Source of the DNA: Ascidiella aspersa
Taxonomy: Eukaryota
DNA: 64,000 nt
Direction: 5' to 3'
NCBI GenBank assembly: GCA_963924565.1
Contig: OZ004610.1
Span: 31,372,001 to 31,436,000 of the forward strand
Shown here: one piece after another, positions 1 to 13,700 of the stretch
Numbering within the stretch: the first letter of the stretch is position 1
How the letters are laid out: each line of letters starts with the position of its first letter
Notes under the pieces: generated by a model
What the model saw: the letters and a program-made list of their open reading frames with translations, nothing else
The model's database searches: none
Told to the model about the DNA's origin: nothing
Made by a program: the position numbers and the translations under genes

Positions 1-1173
1 TTAAACAAAGCTAATTGCAGTCAAATCGAAAACAAGCCTCGAACCGTCAAACCCTGACCAAAATAAACTAAACTTCGGACAGAAATGTAGCACCTAATAT
101 ACAGAATAATACAAATCCAACTCGTTTTTCTAATTTTGATTATTGGGGTTCATCAAGGTTTTGTTCGCATGTATTTTAAACTTTGGTTATACAGTTTTTG
201 GGACGGCACAGTTTTTAATTTAATGTAGTCCAATCGTATTTTGCATTTTTGCCTGAATTATTTACGATTTTATCGCGTTATTTGCTTAAATATTCACCAA
301 CTTCAAATATATCTGAACAATTCATATGGCAAAAGTGCCAACTGATTTACAGATTTTAATCCATTTTCTAGCAACAAAACGATATAGCACCATCGATTGT
401 GGCCCCCAAAAACACGTGTTTCATTTAAACCGATTCCACATTGCGAAAAAGCGCCTAAATAGGACTACATATAAATCACACGCTCTATATTTCCCAAAAA
501 GATATGTGCTGTATGTATCTACATTGCTCAGAAAAACTACATTAAACGATAGAACATCATCGATTGTGATCCCCTAAGCACGTGTTTGGGTTAAACGGAT
601 TTCAAATTGCAAAAAAGCGCCTAAATAGGACTCAACATAGAAATCACACGCCTGACTGCAAGTGACGTACATCAAGTTGCTTCCAGGAAAGCCACCAACC
701 TTCAAAAATTAACTTCGCCAAAGATGTTGTTGTTGTTCACTAAACGACCGGTAACAGGTGACACAAATCCCGGCTAATCGCGTCCCGGATTTGTGACGTC
801 ACAAACTGAGCGACGAGAGCGCGCGAATTGAGCGTGACCGATTGGCCATAACTGGTGAGGCAGCGCGCGGTGGCCAATACAATGGCGGCCTTTTGTCAAA
901 CCTGGGTCTACCCCGGGAGTCTTTGTTGCTCCAATTGGTCTTAATGACCCGGTGTGCGTCTGAAGGGTGCAGACTGCATTATGGCGATCATTTCGCAAAG
1001 ACGCGCAAAATTATCCCAACGCGGGGGTCGCTCTTGTCTGTTTTGCAAAAATAAAATCTACAACAACGTAAACAAGAGAAGCTGGGCGACACGTGTACCG
1101 ATGTCAGTCAATTAAAACAGCGTTTTTCGTATTTTATAACAACGTAAATATTTAGTATTTTGAAGGAGCGCTT

Positions 1174-1400
1174 ATCAAAGCTCATACAGAAGTAGGTAGC
1201 ATTTTGAACGTTTAGAATAAACCTTTATTCCTTTTCAACACCATAAATGAATAAAAAGTGTTTAAAATTTTATTCAACATGTAATGTCGATGTTTTAAAT
1301 GAATAAAGGGTTACTCGAAACGTTAAAAATGCAACCTACTTCTGTATGGGCTTTGATATTCTTGCTACGTCTTACTACAACCTCCAACAATTATGCTTCA
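1174..1400. mobile_element. Palindromic repeat family C with hammerhead-like 3' half
   Basis: Inverted arms 1174-1240 and 1295-1358 with stem GAATAAA/TTTATTC followed by GAAACGTT. Second copy at 15215-15335. Confidence 0.55.
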
Positions 1401-3038
1401 AAAAATGAGCGATTGTTTAACTAAAAGGCCCCGATTACAAAGCAACGTATATTTTTACACTATGAATATTTTTTGTGTTCCATTGGAAGTAAAAAGATTA
1501 TCATGTTTGCAAAAGTTGACCTTGTGTATAGGCGGGCGTCGCCTTTCACGGCGTAACAATTTCAGATTGATTGGCGGACAAGCGGGCCCCTGGGAATAGA
1601 CGCATATTGACCACAAGGCACTCACTTCGGTTGAGCGCCAGCGCGCTGCCGTGACCGACACCAAGGTTTGGTCGAATTCGCGAGATTTTTAACGCGAGAT
1701 TACGTCATTTGCTGACGTTTTAACGCTGAAACTTTTAGTAAAGTAAAGGTTGCCGGGCAAATCCATTCGGATTCGCCTATGAAAACAAAATGTCGAAAAA
1801 CTGAGAACCACTCACGCAATTTGGCCAAAAATGACGTACCGGTCAGGTTAAATTCGAAAAAAACTGAGGGCAAAGTCGAAAAACAAAAAAAAGTCGAAAA
1901 ACTGAGGAAACAAATATACCTTAAAGAACGAATTTGGCCAAAAATGACGTAACGGCCAGGTAAAGCGACAAAATTTTATCCCATAAGGCGATTTTCCGTG
2001 CGTGACGGTCGTAATGGACAAAGGCGCCCCGCTAACCCAACGCCGGTCACCGAGCGCGGGCAAATAGGAAACGTCGGCGCTGCGTGATTATGTACTCGGC
2101 ACGGCCAGCGTCGCCAGGGCAAATAACGCATTGCGGGAGATGGCTTCCTGCGTTGCTCAGGTAAAAAAGGACCGGCGTGTCGGTATAAGGGTATATCCCA
2201 CGAGTTGCATGAGAAATAGCGATGGTTCATTATAACAGCTCAACACAATGGGTTATGTAGGAATTTGAGTTATGGATCTTTGACTGAACATGAGTAATTA
2301 TTGTGCCATAGAAACGCAAAGTTTCTTTCTTGGAGTGCTTGGTTTGCAATTTAGATCTAGTTAGTTGTTATTATGTCAGCGAGGGTTTGACAGTAACGTG
2401 TCTCGCCAAAAAGTTATTTATCTATCAATTTATACATTAGAAAATTGCACGTAAAGTTTAGACATTTTTTTACAATATCGTTTAAATGTGTTTGAGTTAT
2501 ACCAAAGTACTGCACAACACGCTATAGATCTACCGCGAATCACACAGGCAAGTTTACAAGCTCGCGAAACCACGAAAAGCATAAACTTCATCTGGAGGCC
2601 GGGGCAACGGAAGCTAATCGATAAAACGCCTGCGTTAAGGTTTATTGATAAATGGTCGCGAATTGCCGGTAGCACTGCCAATTGCGCTGGTGGACACTAT
2701 ACGGTCACAGTAGACTGGCACCAGGTACACGGCATCGGCTAGATCTCTATTGTGACAAGTTGTTTTCGAGTTTTGCGCCTTGTTTAGGGGTCTTTGCCTC
2801 GCGGTCGTTCTCTCTCTTCGACGCGGCTTAAGTAACAGCTCATCGCAAAACGCTGTTTTCCATGACTTAGGCCTGAGAGCCCCTTGCCAGGAAAGAAGGT
2901 CGGACGGTTTCAGTGGAGCGTGTTAAGGTGCGGGGGCCCGAGTGTAAATTAATCGCGGAAAGCGGCCCAAATTTCTTCCTTGCCTGTGCAGCAACAGTCT
3001 TTGGGTGGCGTTTGGAAGTTATTAGCAAGGAAATTAGT

Positions 3039-3220
3039 GGCCGCTGGTCTAGAATCCTACCACAGCGCTGAAACAATATTAAAGCAATGCACAATTTGGT
3101 CAGGGTGTTGGTTAATGTTTGGGTGAGGCTGGGTTAAGTATTATTATTGAATAATATTGCTTAACCTACCCAAACCCAAACTAATAATGTTCGTTGTGGT
3201 AGTATTCTAGACCAGCGCTA
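3039..3220. mobile_element. Small TIR element (MITE)
   Basis: TIR gctggtctagaatcctaccacagcg / cgttgtggtagtattctagaccagc with aattagt on both flanks. Fragments near 10855 and 16370. Confidence 0.65.
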
Positions 3221-6200
3221 ATTAGTGCGTGACGTGGTTCGGAATGTTTCAAGACGATATAATTGGGTTAAAAAGGTCAAAACTTGCAGCCTTTAGTTTA
3301 ACCTTTTCAGAGGAAGGCGAAGAATTAAAATCGAAGCCGAGTTGCAAAAGTAAATGCCAGAGAAATGTCAATAAAAAACTGTAGAGCAAACCTTCGGGGA
3401 GTATACCGATAATCGGCTCGACTCGACCTCGATTTGGCGATAATTCCAATTAAGCAATATGCCGTAACACCCTACCGAGAATGCAATTGCGAAAGTCAGT
3501 TGTTTCGCTGTTTGGTTTCCGGATTGCGCTAATCGTATTAAGCAAAGGCAATATGTGGATTGCTAATTGGCGCGTGAATAACCGAGCGTGGGACCGAACA
3601 TTGAGCATTAGATGAAAAAATGAAGACAGACGTGGCACATTTATCATGTCGCAATCGGCTAGTTGCTTTGTAACCAGTTGTGTTCTTGAAGTTCCATCTA
3701 TTTGCGTCAACGCCAACCCGCATAATTTTAGAAGGGTAGCGTTTCTCAAGATCAGAATGGCAATGGAGGTGGCGGCCCATGTCATGTCGTGTCTTATCTA
3801 ACAGCGAGTTACTTATGCGTACGATATGGGCGTGTAGCGAGGGCGCAGGCCTGTATTCTTGCCGCTCGCGTGCCTTAGAAGGTGTGTCTCGGGCAGCTCA
3901 AGGGGGCAAATATAAACAGCAAACACGCGTTGGTCGTTCGGCTAATGCAGTCTCGCTCTTGGCAAGTTCGGATGGCAGATGTCGCGTGTTGGACAGATGG
4001 AAGTTTGCTGAAGCACCAACTTTTTTTTGTTCATAAGAAAAGCAAAGGCGAGTGGTCAAAGTAAATCAGTTGCGAATCGTAGTCGACCACAAAGTATCGG
4101 TGGCGGTCATTGAGAGCATGGCTCCAGACGCCCAATTGCTCGCCATTGCTAGTGAATAGAACAATGTACAACCGTCAGGTCATTAACTATTTAATGAAGC
4201 CAGCGTGGCAGTTAAGAAGGAGAGCATCGCATCGCCGTGAATGGAGATATTTAGTTTAACGATCAAATACGATCTGTGAGCAGCTCCATTACGAAAAACC
4301 CAGTTCGGTAGTAGTTCATCATTTATTGTGTGCAGTATTCATAGTAAGTCATAAACCAACAAAAGGCCATTTTTAATCAAGCGAGCGCCGATTAAAAAAA
4401 ATAGGAAGCGCGTATAAGGTTTCGTTTGGGTCCGTCCTGTCTAGAAAACACTAGACCATTATACACTGGGCAGCTAATAGGTGATTGGGCGCCGCCAGTC
4501 GAAGTTAGCAGTGGCAAAGGCACGAATCTAGCATCGATTTTACGTTTTCCACTTACGGCCAGTTTGAGTTTGTACGTCATTTGGCGGCGCGATCGGAGGC
4601 GTTAAGTAATTGACTGCGTGCCGATAAGATCGCGAAACGGAAGGATAAGCCTGAACGTACACAGCGTAGCCGATTTCTAGAAGGCAAAACGACAAGCTTT
4701 AGTTGTGAGTGTGAGGTTTTGTAAGATCGTGGCCGATTGGAAAGGTCTTAAGCTTTGGAACATGATAGATTGCTGGTTATTGTTATTGGACATTTCGCAA
4801 GATAAGCCTGGGTTTAATCCGATGTTACACACAGTTCATTGGCTTGCTATTAATGCGCAAAGGCGATTAGTAGTATGCGTATTGGTGCAATTTATCGGGA
4901 TATGAAATTGCGTTGCACGCTTCGCAGAATATTTTATTTTAATTCTAACTAAATACATTTATTGTTACTTCCAGATTAAGCTTCCACAAATAGCATACAA
5001 AGCGGTTTTGTTTCAAATTATTTCTGCTGCTACTATACTGTTACTCAGTGGGATACATTTGTTTGCTGTAGACATAAGAGAAACGAGGTAAGTCATAATA
5101 TATTTTCTAACAAACATAGCGCTGTTGTTGTTTAGGTGTCGTTTAGCGCATTGCAAGGCCGCGGCATGCCTAATTGATGAAACGTATTGCTTTATTTGCC
5201 ACACATTACGGCATTAGGATCAATAGAGACGAAACACCGTTTCGGGAGGTTGCTGAAGTTGCTCGGTAATCATCTGCGAATCGATATATCGGCGCAAAGT
5301 TGGCTATTTAATAATGGGGGAAGCCAGATCGCGAATCCGTCGCATAAATTATGGAAGGAACCCTAACTAAGTGGTCACGCGAAAGGGACAATAAAATAAT
5401 GCGAAATTAGATTAAGGCGAAAGCGCGATCGCCGATCGTATCGGCGTCGACTAGACAAATGAAAACAGACTTAAATTGGAGTGTAAGCGGAGATGCCCCC
5501 ACCCCCACATTGCGCAGTTCCCGGACGCGAAATGATTAACCCCAGGGTGCGCAAGTAAAATTAATTTCGCAAGGGCGAGCGAACGCTGGCGGGTCGTTGA
5601 CGCAGTCGCGCGATGTCGACTTCGATAAATAATGCAACCATTGTTAGCATCCCGCAAATAGGTCGCTTTTGCGTTCGAAGGCTGAATTAAAGCCGGTTCC
5701 GCGCGCCGGCACGCAAGTCGCTTGTTTACGAAACAAGGCTCATCTCGCGTTGCTCCAGGCGCGCCCGCTAAGTCTATGTATTGGCGTTTCACCTTCCGGA
5801 TTTTTTCGCGCTGTGTGGTACTCGGCAGGGAACTACGGGCTTCACCTGTGGTCGACTTGATTGGACTTCGCCGTGAAAAGTGTCACGCACAAGCGAGCGA
5901 GCGGTCGACTCATTTTAGAGGATTAGGTAATCGCCAGACTTAGCTCATGTCGAAACCGCGTCGGTCGCCGCGAAAATGCTTGCTCACAACGACCGAGTGG
6001 GGTTCCTAATTAAAAAGTCAAATAAACGCACTGTTATGCAGTTTGTTTGTGTGTGTGTTGTTGCGCACCAGGCAGATTAAACAGCAAAAATGCTTTAAAT
6101 AAGCTTTGAAACGGTAAACAACCGGACATGCCAAAAATAAGCCCCCCAAAAGTAGCCCCAAGAGTTATTAGGGGGCTTTGATATTCTTATTTGGTCTTAC

Positions 6201-7715
6201 CACAGCCTCCAACCAATGCTCCAAAATAGCCCCAACTCCCTTAGCTTTTGCCAGCAGCAGTTTCCAGCCTGTCTTATCGCGTGCTTGTCGTGCACGCAAC
6301 CAAAGCGGCGTAAGTCGTCCCGGTTAACCCCAAACCCTCGCGTCGGCAGCGACAGCCACGTTTTTTCGCGCATTAATCGACCCGCCAAGCACTTTCTCAT
6401 TCGCTTAGGCACTCGCACATTTTCTGCGTGTTTTCATTGCGACCGACTGTGTGGTCCGGACGCGGGTCACAACTGCGCGTGACAAGCATGCCCATTTCGG
6501 AAAACTTAGCTGACTTGCCAGCGGGCGGGCCTGATGTAAGCCAGCAGTGGACAAGGGCTACTTTTTGGCAGCTGCGAAGTGAGGATTTGAGGCCGCTAAT
6601 CGACAGGTGCCTAAACAGCTTTTCGCCGCCCGCGACAAACCAAGGAAAAACGCGAGGGTTTCTAAACGCCATTGTGTTGGGTTAACCGCTCCCGTTTCGA
6701 TTTCGTACTGCGTAGATCGGGGGTGCTTTGGTACAAAGGCTAAGCCAAGAAATCGCGCTTTCGTGCGTCAGCGAGCGATAGCTGAAAAGTATAAAATTAC
6801 CCTCTCGACACGGCGAAGCGACGGTTATAGTGATACGAATGGGGGCGGGAAAATAGACGAGCGGCGACTCCCTAAGACAACTGGCTTCCGCTGTCGGCTG
6901 GTTTGGATACTAAACGAGATTAGACTGGGTAGAATCCATATACAGACTGCGAATGTAATCAGCCTCGAACAGCGTACACGCCCCGCTGTTGCAAACATTC
7001 TTGCTTAATTTAGATCGATGTTGGTATCGTTCCTGGCATAGGTCCTTTGCGTTGGTTCTATGAGCCTGAAGTTAGATATATACCCAGCCTGAGCCTTGAG
7101 ACTGGGTATATTTCAAGAACCCATATCTAGACTCTGAATGTAATCAGTTTCGAATAGCGGACACGCCCCGCTGTTGCAAAGTGGCATTCTTGCTTAATTT
7201 AGATCCATGTTGGGTTCATTCCGTGCAGCCACACCTTGTAAAAGTGCCCCAAAAAACGTCTACAGCCCCAATCGCAGTGGCGCAAGTTGGGGGCCGACCG
7301 CGATCTGTTTTCACCCATAACAGCGCCCCACAGCACAGCAGCAGCAACGGCGGCTGCGGGGCAGACGGTCTCCGATTACGTTGGCCATATAGCGTGAAGC
7401 GCAACGTTCATACGGACCTGGTCTACTGTGGGAACCTGCATGCTAGATGCGGTGGGCGATGGTTGGGTAAACAGCATGTAACCGAGCGGCGCATCCAAGA
7501 AGTGACTTCGCACGCAAACTTATTATTCCCGCCCCGAGCGGTTAGGGGAGTCGATTCGACGCGGCTGGGCGACTTTTCGAGCGGCTCCATTCAGCGCTGT
7601 CAAGTTCGCAACAATAGCGGCGGGTTTAATTTAGCCGGATTACCTTGTGTTTCCTGACAGCGTCCAAATTTGCCGTATAACGACCATTCTCGTTTTGCAG
7701 GGAACTTGGGCGACC

Positions 7716-10700
7716 ATGCGTCGGATTTTCACCGATCGTCCGCCGAGAGACTTTCTACTCCTCCGAGTTCTCCTGCTCGCCGTTACGTCATGTCTAGTGA
7801 CGTCATCCAGTGGCTCCAAGGCGCTCAAGCTGTCTGTGAAAGAGAACACCGCGATCGGTAAGCGGAAGCCAGATTTGTCACAAGGCCAGGCGCCTGACGA
7901 GGCTTTAAAAAATAGGTCGTCTTTTTTTCGAGCGATTGAATTCATTTGGCAGACAATCTGACGCGATTGCCTTTTTATCGTTTCCGTTAGATTTTAAGGT
8001 TTATATTTAGAACTTCCTGAAGGGCCACGGCCGCCAAATTTTGACCAGCAAATAGTCTGGTTAACTTAGGGGTTCATAAGTGTTAAATTAAAAATAAACG
8101 TTTTTGCATTGGATGTATATTTAGACTCTTTTGCGCTTTCACATTTGTTTTGCCGAAAACAGCAGATTTTTTAAGTCTATCAATTTATGACTTCATCTCT
8201 AAAGTTTATTGCCTAAACTGGTCGAGCAAAGCAATTTTTTTAGAGGTCTGCGGTAAAAAAAAGTTCAAGAATCCCTGAGTTAACTGATTAGGTTCTGACG
8301 AAAAGTTGTGTAGCCCTGAAAAGTAAAGTGCCAGTTCTAACGCATCATCCTTCCTCCAATCCAACAGGTACCACGGTGGTTGAGCTAGCCGACATACTGG
8401 ACATACAGACCAGCTCTAAGAAGACCTTCCAGCTGCTGGACGAGAAACTGAAGTCAGTTGGCTACAAGTCGGCAAGTCGTCGCAATCGCAAGTGGCTGGC
8501 ACTGGACGAAAGCTCTGGAAGACTGACCGTTCGCCACCCGCTAAACCGCGAGGAAATGTGCCGGGACTCGAGGCGATGTGTTATTCTTATGCAGGTGTGG
8601 AGCACTTAGAATTGTCAGTTTAGTTTAACGATCACTAACATTCGTCGAAGGATTCACTGAACTGTCGAAGCTACAAAAATATACAAAGTACCTAAATCAA
8701 GCTTTCGCACAACCGCGCTTCATCAACAAAAAGTAGAAATAAATACTTTTGACCTGATGAAGCACGGTTGTGCAAAATCTTGTCAAGAATCAACACAATT
8801 TGTCTTTATATATTGCGATTTTAATATTAGGTCTTTATGTATGTCTTTCAAAACATTTTAATCATGATCTCGATATTGGCACTAAAAATGTTACTTAACC
8901 AAGTGATTTTATTCAACCGTGCTTCATCAGGTCAAAGTAGAAATATTAGGCAAACACTGCCATATACAAAGATCAGGTTTTGTCAGTTCACGGCCGATCT
9001 ACAGCAGTCGTTTTTTTGGGGTATAGCGCAAAAACAAAAAGCCGTCATATTGAAGTGCTCTGTATTATTCTAACGCCCGGCTCTCGTTTTGTTTCTCTCC
9101 TTTTGGCGAAACAGATCTACGTGCGAACCGATTTCCGCATGGTCAATCTCGAGATCGCGGTGTTGGACGTAAACGAGCACGCGCCCGTCTTTCCAGTGCG
9201 CTTCGCCCTGCTGAACGTGAGCGAAGAGGCACAGAAGGGAGACCTGTTCAGTCTCGACCGTTACCTGGCTCGGGACCGCGACGCAGGTAAAAACAACTCA
9301 CGATTTTTTTACCCTGACTGGGTAAAATTTAGGAACAAAAACCTACTGAAGCTTTGTGTTTTTGCTACACAACACAAATCAGGTTTCTAATTTGGACAAA
9401 GCATAGAAAATCTGTAAATTCCTTCTTTTCTGTGGAATGTAGAGATGCATTGATATAGAATGAATGCTTTGATATTCAACCATGCCAAGCAACTATTAGT
9501 TTATCTGCTTTGTTGTGTCAAATGCACAGAAATGTTGCCGGCCTTTTTTACCCTGACCATTTGGTCGCCTTATGTGGCCGTTTAAAGTGGGCCGTAACGT
9601 TTATTTAACATCGCTCAAGTGTCTTTTCACATATAGTTAATTACACCTTATTTATTGTTGCGTGCATTTATTCTGGCCACTTGGATTTAGAAACTCCGAA
9701 GCGAAAGCGAAATTGAAAGAGGTTGTATGTTGTTGCAACTATTAATAAAGCTACGCGCTAAAAATCTAGTTATCTGGGGATTTATCCGTTATGTCGCGGC
9801 CTTTGTGAAGATATTTAAAATATTGTTACAACTGTATTGCACATCTGCTGCTTTTTGCTGTTAACCTATTCAGCCTTGACCGATACCGACACCGTGACGC
9901 AGGTAATAACAGCGACCGCAAGCAATATACGCTCACGACGCCACTTTTCGCCGGCGTGTTGCTGTAATGAATAATGCACGGCTACTGACATATGCTTGCG
10001 TGCAGGTTTGACAAAATTTATTCTGTTCCAGGCAACAACTCGCAGATCACCTACGCACTGAGCCCGAGCAATTACTTCGCTCTGATCCAGTCGAGTGATG
10101 AAACGGGAAGCCAGCATCTGCAGCTTCAAGTCAAACGCGCCCTCGGTGAGTTTCTTCTCCCAGTTTCTTCGTGTTTTCTGTCGCCGCGTCGTAATCGGAT
10201 ATCGCATGTCAAGTGACCGTGTTTGTGGCTTGCCCCCTCTTCTTGAAACCGCGCCGTCGCCCAATCTCGAACGCTTGAAATTTAACGTGACGAGGGTTCT
10301 TCTGGGCTAACTGCAAGGGGGGCTTGGGTAAATGAAGACGCTAAAAATCTTCGCACGGCTTTCGACTGTCAATGTCGGCCACTCGATCCGAACTGAGCGC
10401 GATTAAATGCTCTGTCCTTAACCCTGAATGCCTTACATCGCGCGCAGGAGACGTGCAACTAATTGTATCTTTTTGTCTTGCGTTGCGCAGATTTCGAACG
10501 AAAGGCTGTCTTCCACTTGATGCTTAGCGCTGAGGACCGAGGCGAACCAGCGCTCTCAAGTAAAGTGCCGCTGCAAGTTCGAATCATCGACGAAAACGAC
10601 AACAGACCAATGTTCGACCAGGAGGTAAGTTATCACCACCGCGAAAATTAGACGCACCGATGTTTGAACGTATCGTGTCGCATGTAACATTATCGCCAAT

Positions 10701-13700
10701 GACTAAGGGGCGCTGATTAATTGTAAAAGGCCGTGGCTACTTTTGTATTCTTTTTTTCTGAGAACTCCTGTTAGAATGACACTTAAGAAGGCCAGTCTTC
10801 TCAAATTTAAATCCACATCTTTGATTTTAATACCATATTAAATAGGTGCGTAGAACCGGTCTAGAATGTAGCAGAAACGTCTAGTCCTTTAAATGCACCC
10901 AGTAAAAAATAAAAATGGTCCCTATAGCAATTGTTTGTAAATTTTAACCCACCTTGGTCCGTTTAGGAGTATGCCGTAATGCTGCCGGAAAACCTCAAGC
11001 CTGGTCACGTGATCGTGCGCGTTCAAGCGCGAGATGCCGACTCCGGCATGGCGGGCACGCTTGGATACTTCCTAGCCAACCGGAACACCGACTCGATCAA
11101 GAACCTGATCGAAGTGAACGAGCGAAGCGGCGAGGTCGTACTCAAGCAAGCGCTCGACCGGGAGTCGTCTGACAAGTGAGTTTCGCTCGTTGAGCTTAAC
11201 TGCTGAATAAGGCTTTTGGAGTTTAACGGATTTTGATGCTGCAGTTCGACGTATAACGAATATTTTAGAGCTCATATAAAAGTGACAGGTAGTGTAAACC
11301 TTTTTTAAAAATTTAACATGTCAAAAGTGGATAGACTCACAGGTTGGGAACAATTTGTAGAAGTCTCGAAGAGACGACATTTTAAAAGGAGAAAATAATT
11401 TTCCTCCTGAACAAAAAAAGCATTTTACTTATACAAAAATTATACAAAATACCGAACCGTTTCAAACCATCATTTCGGCTAGAATAATAACATGCCATTA
11501 CAAGCTGACAAAAATAATTCTGATGCCGGGTTGCTTTGCAGGAACATCATTTACCTTGAGGCTCGGGACATGGGCGAACCGGTTCAGAAGATTGGACGCA
11601 CGAGGCTCGTTCTCCACGTTGGAGACATCAACGACAACGCTCCTGTCATCAGCGTGAGCTTCATCGCTCCTTCGGAAGGAAACACAGGTAAGCAAAAAAC
11701 TTTAAAACTTTCAGCAGGGGGTTAAATACTATAATCACCAAAATAATGCCATGATTTCTCAGTACATCACAGTTATTAATCGAGTCTAAAATCTTGAAGC
11801 CCTGTTTTTTTACATATTTCTTTACTTGGTTGGCCCTATTTGGGTGCTTTTTATTGGCAAACAATATAAAAATCATCTTTTCCTCCGTAGAAAAGCAAAA
11901 CAATTGCAGCACCGAATAAAATACTATAATCGCCAAAACATAGCCATGAATTTTCAGTACATCACGTTACTGATCATCAATCGTGAAAATCTTGAAGTCC
12001 TGATTTTTTGACATATTTCTTTACTTGGTAAAGGGTGGCCCTATTTCGTGTCCGTCATTGGATAACAATATGAAAATCAACTTTCTTCCACAGTTTACGT
12101 TTCCGAATCTGCCGACCCTTCATCCTACTTCGCTTACATCAGCGCGAAAGACGAAGATCTAGACGCAAACGGCAACGTTACGATCACAATGGAGACCACA
12201 CTGCCACCTTCAATGCCCACAATCACTTCGACCGGCACAACAGTGGCCGCGCAGCCCGTGTACGTGTTCGGAGTATTTGCATTGAACGCCGAAGGCTTTG
12301 TTGGCGTCACCAAAGCCCTGGACAGGGAGACCAGGTCACGTTACTCCATCTTGGCGAAAGCTTGCGACAACGGCAAGAAACAGAGGTAAGGCTGGTTAAA
12401 TAACCATCATTATTGTTCATCTGTGTTGTCCGTTATAATATAATTAGGTGTTTTATAAGTTTTCAATTATGATTCAACGTATTTTGCGATCTATGATATG
12501 TAAAATACACCGTTATATCCTCAATAAAAGACCGTTTCGTAAAATAAGTGAAGAGGATCGATATAATTTCTACGAAGCCACCAGTAGCTTTATTCATTAC
12601 TAAAGTCGACGTCCTTATAAGTTTATCAGTATAATTCAACACATATTTTTAATACACCGTTAAATCAAGAATAAAAAGACCGTTTCGCAAAAAAAACAGG
12701 AGCATTGATGTACTCCAGGGTTACAAAGACGCTAGTAGCATCATCACTAAAGTAGAAGTCTTCCAAATCAGCCCTCTTCGTTTATCATCAAGCCATATAT
12801 AATTATATATATACCAGAGTTCTCCAACTTAACAAACGTCCCACTTTGCCTCCCAGGTGTTCATCGCAATTGATCACGGTGCAAGTGTTGGACGAAAACG
12901 ACCACGCGCCCAAGTTCGAGCACCATCGCGTCAATATCACGTTACTGGAGAGCACGCCGGTCGGCACCAAAGTAGCCACTGTAACCGCTACCGACGGCGA
13001 CGCTGTCAACATGCCGGCTCTGCAGTTGGACGAGGTGGGTTTTATCAGTCAAAAACAAGGTTCTATCAGTCGATAAGTTTAGATTTTTCTTTGGTAGTTT
13101 TTTTTTTAACACAAACAGGAAAAACGATGTATTGTATCCAGTGCCAGATTAGCCATTAGGCTACTATGACTATAGCTAAAAAAATGTGACCCTCAATTTT
13201 TTTTAAGGTTAAATTTTTTTAATGTTGATAGTGATACAGAAATATATCATTTAATATATGTTTTTTGGTAAATTATTTCAATTTTTCATGTATGTGTTTT
13301 TATTACTTTTTGTAGCTTAGTTTTCAAAATTAGGCCCTTCTCGAGTAAACAAAACAGCCTTTGGCCTACAGTAGTCTTAATCCGGCCCTGCCTGTTGTGC
13401 GTTCGTCCTGCGTCATTCGCCAGATTCAAATAACTAAATTTCCCCGTTGTTTTCTTGAAATAGGCTGAGAGCGTGGTCCCGTCTGCGTTCGGCACGATAA
13501 GGTACTCGCTTTCGGGCGGCGACGGGTGCTTTTCGATCGAACCAAAAAGTGGAGTGGTGACCCTGGTGCGGCCAATCGACCGGGAGCAAATTGCAGAGAG
13601 AAAGGTAAGAAAGGCACCATTGCAACAAGCCGTTTAAGCGTTATTCCCACCACTATTTGCGACTTTTAATAATGTAATAGTGATAAGCTTAGTATGTGTT

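Noticed and set aside
5451-7657. Several 70-158 aa ORFs in GC-rich DNA upstream of the protocadherin
   Set aside because: No recognisable domains or consistent splice structure, overlapping on both strands, and expected by chance in GC-rich non-coding islands.
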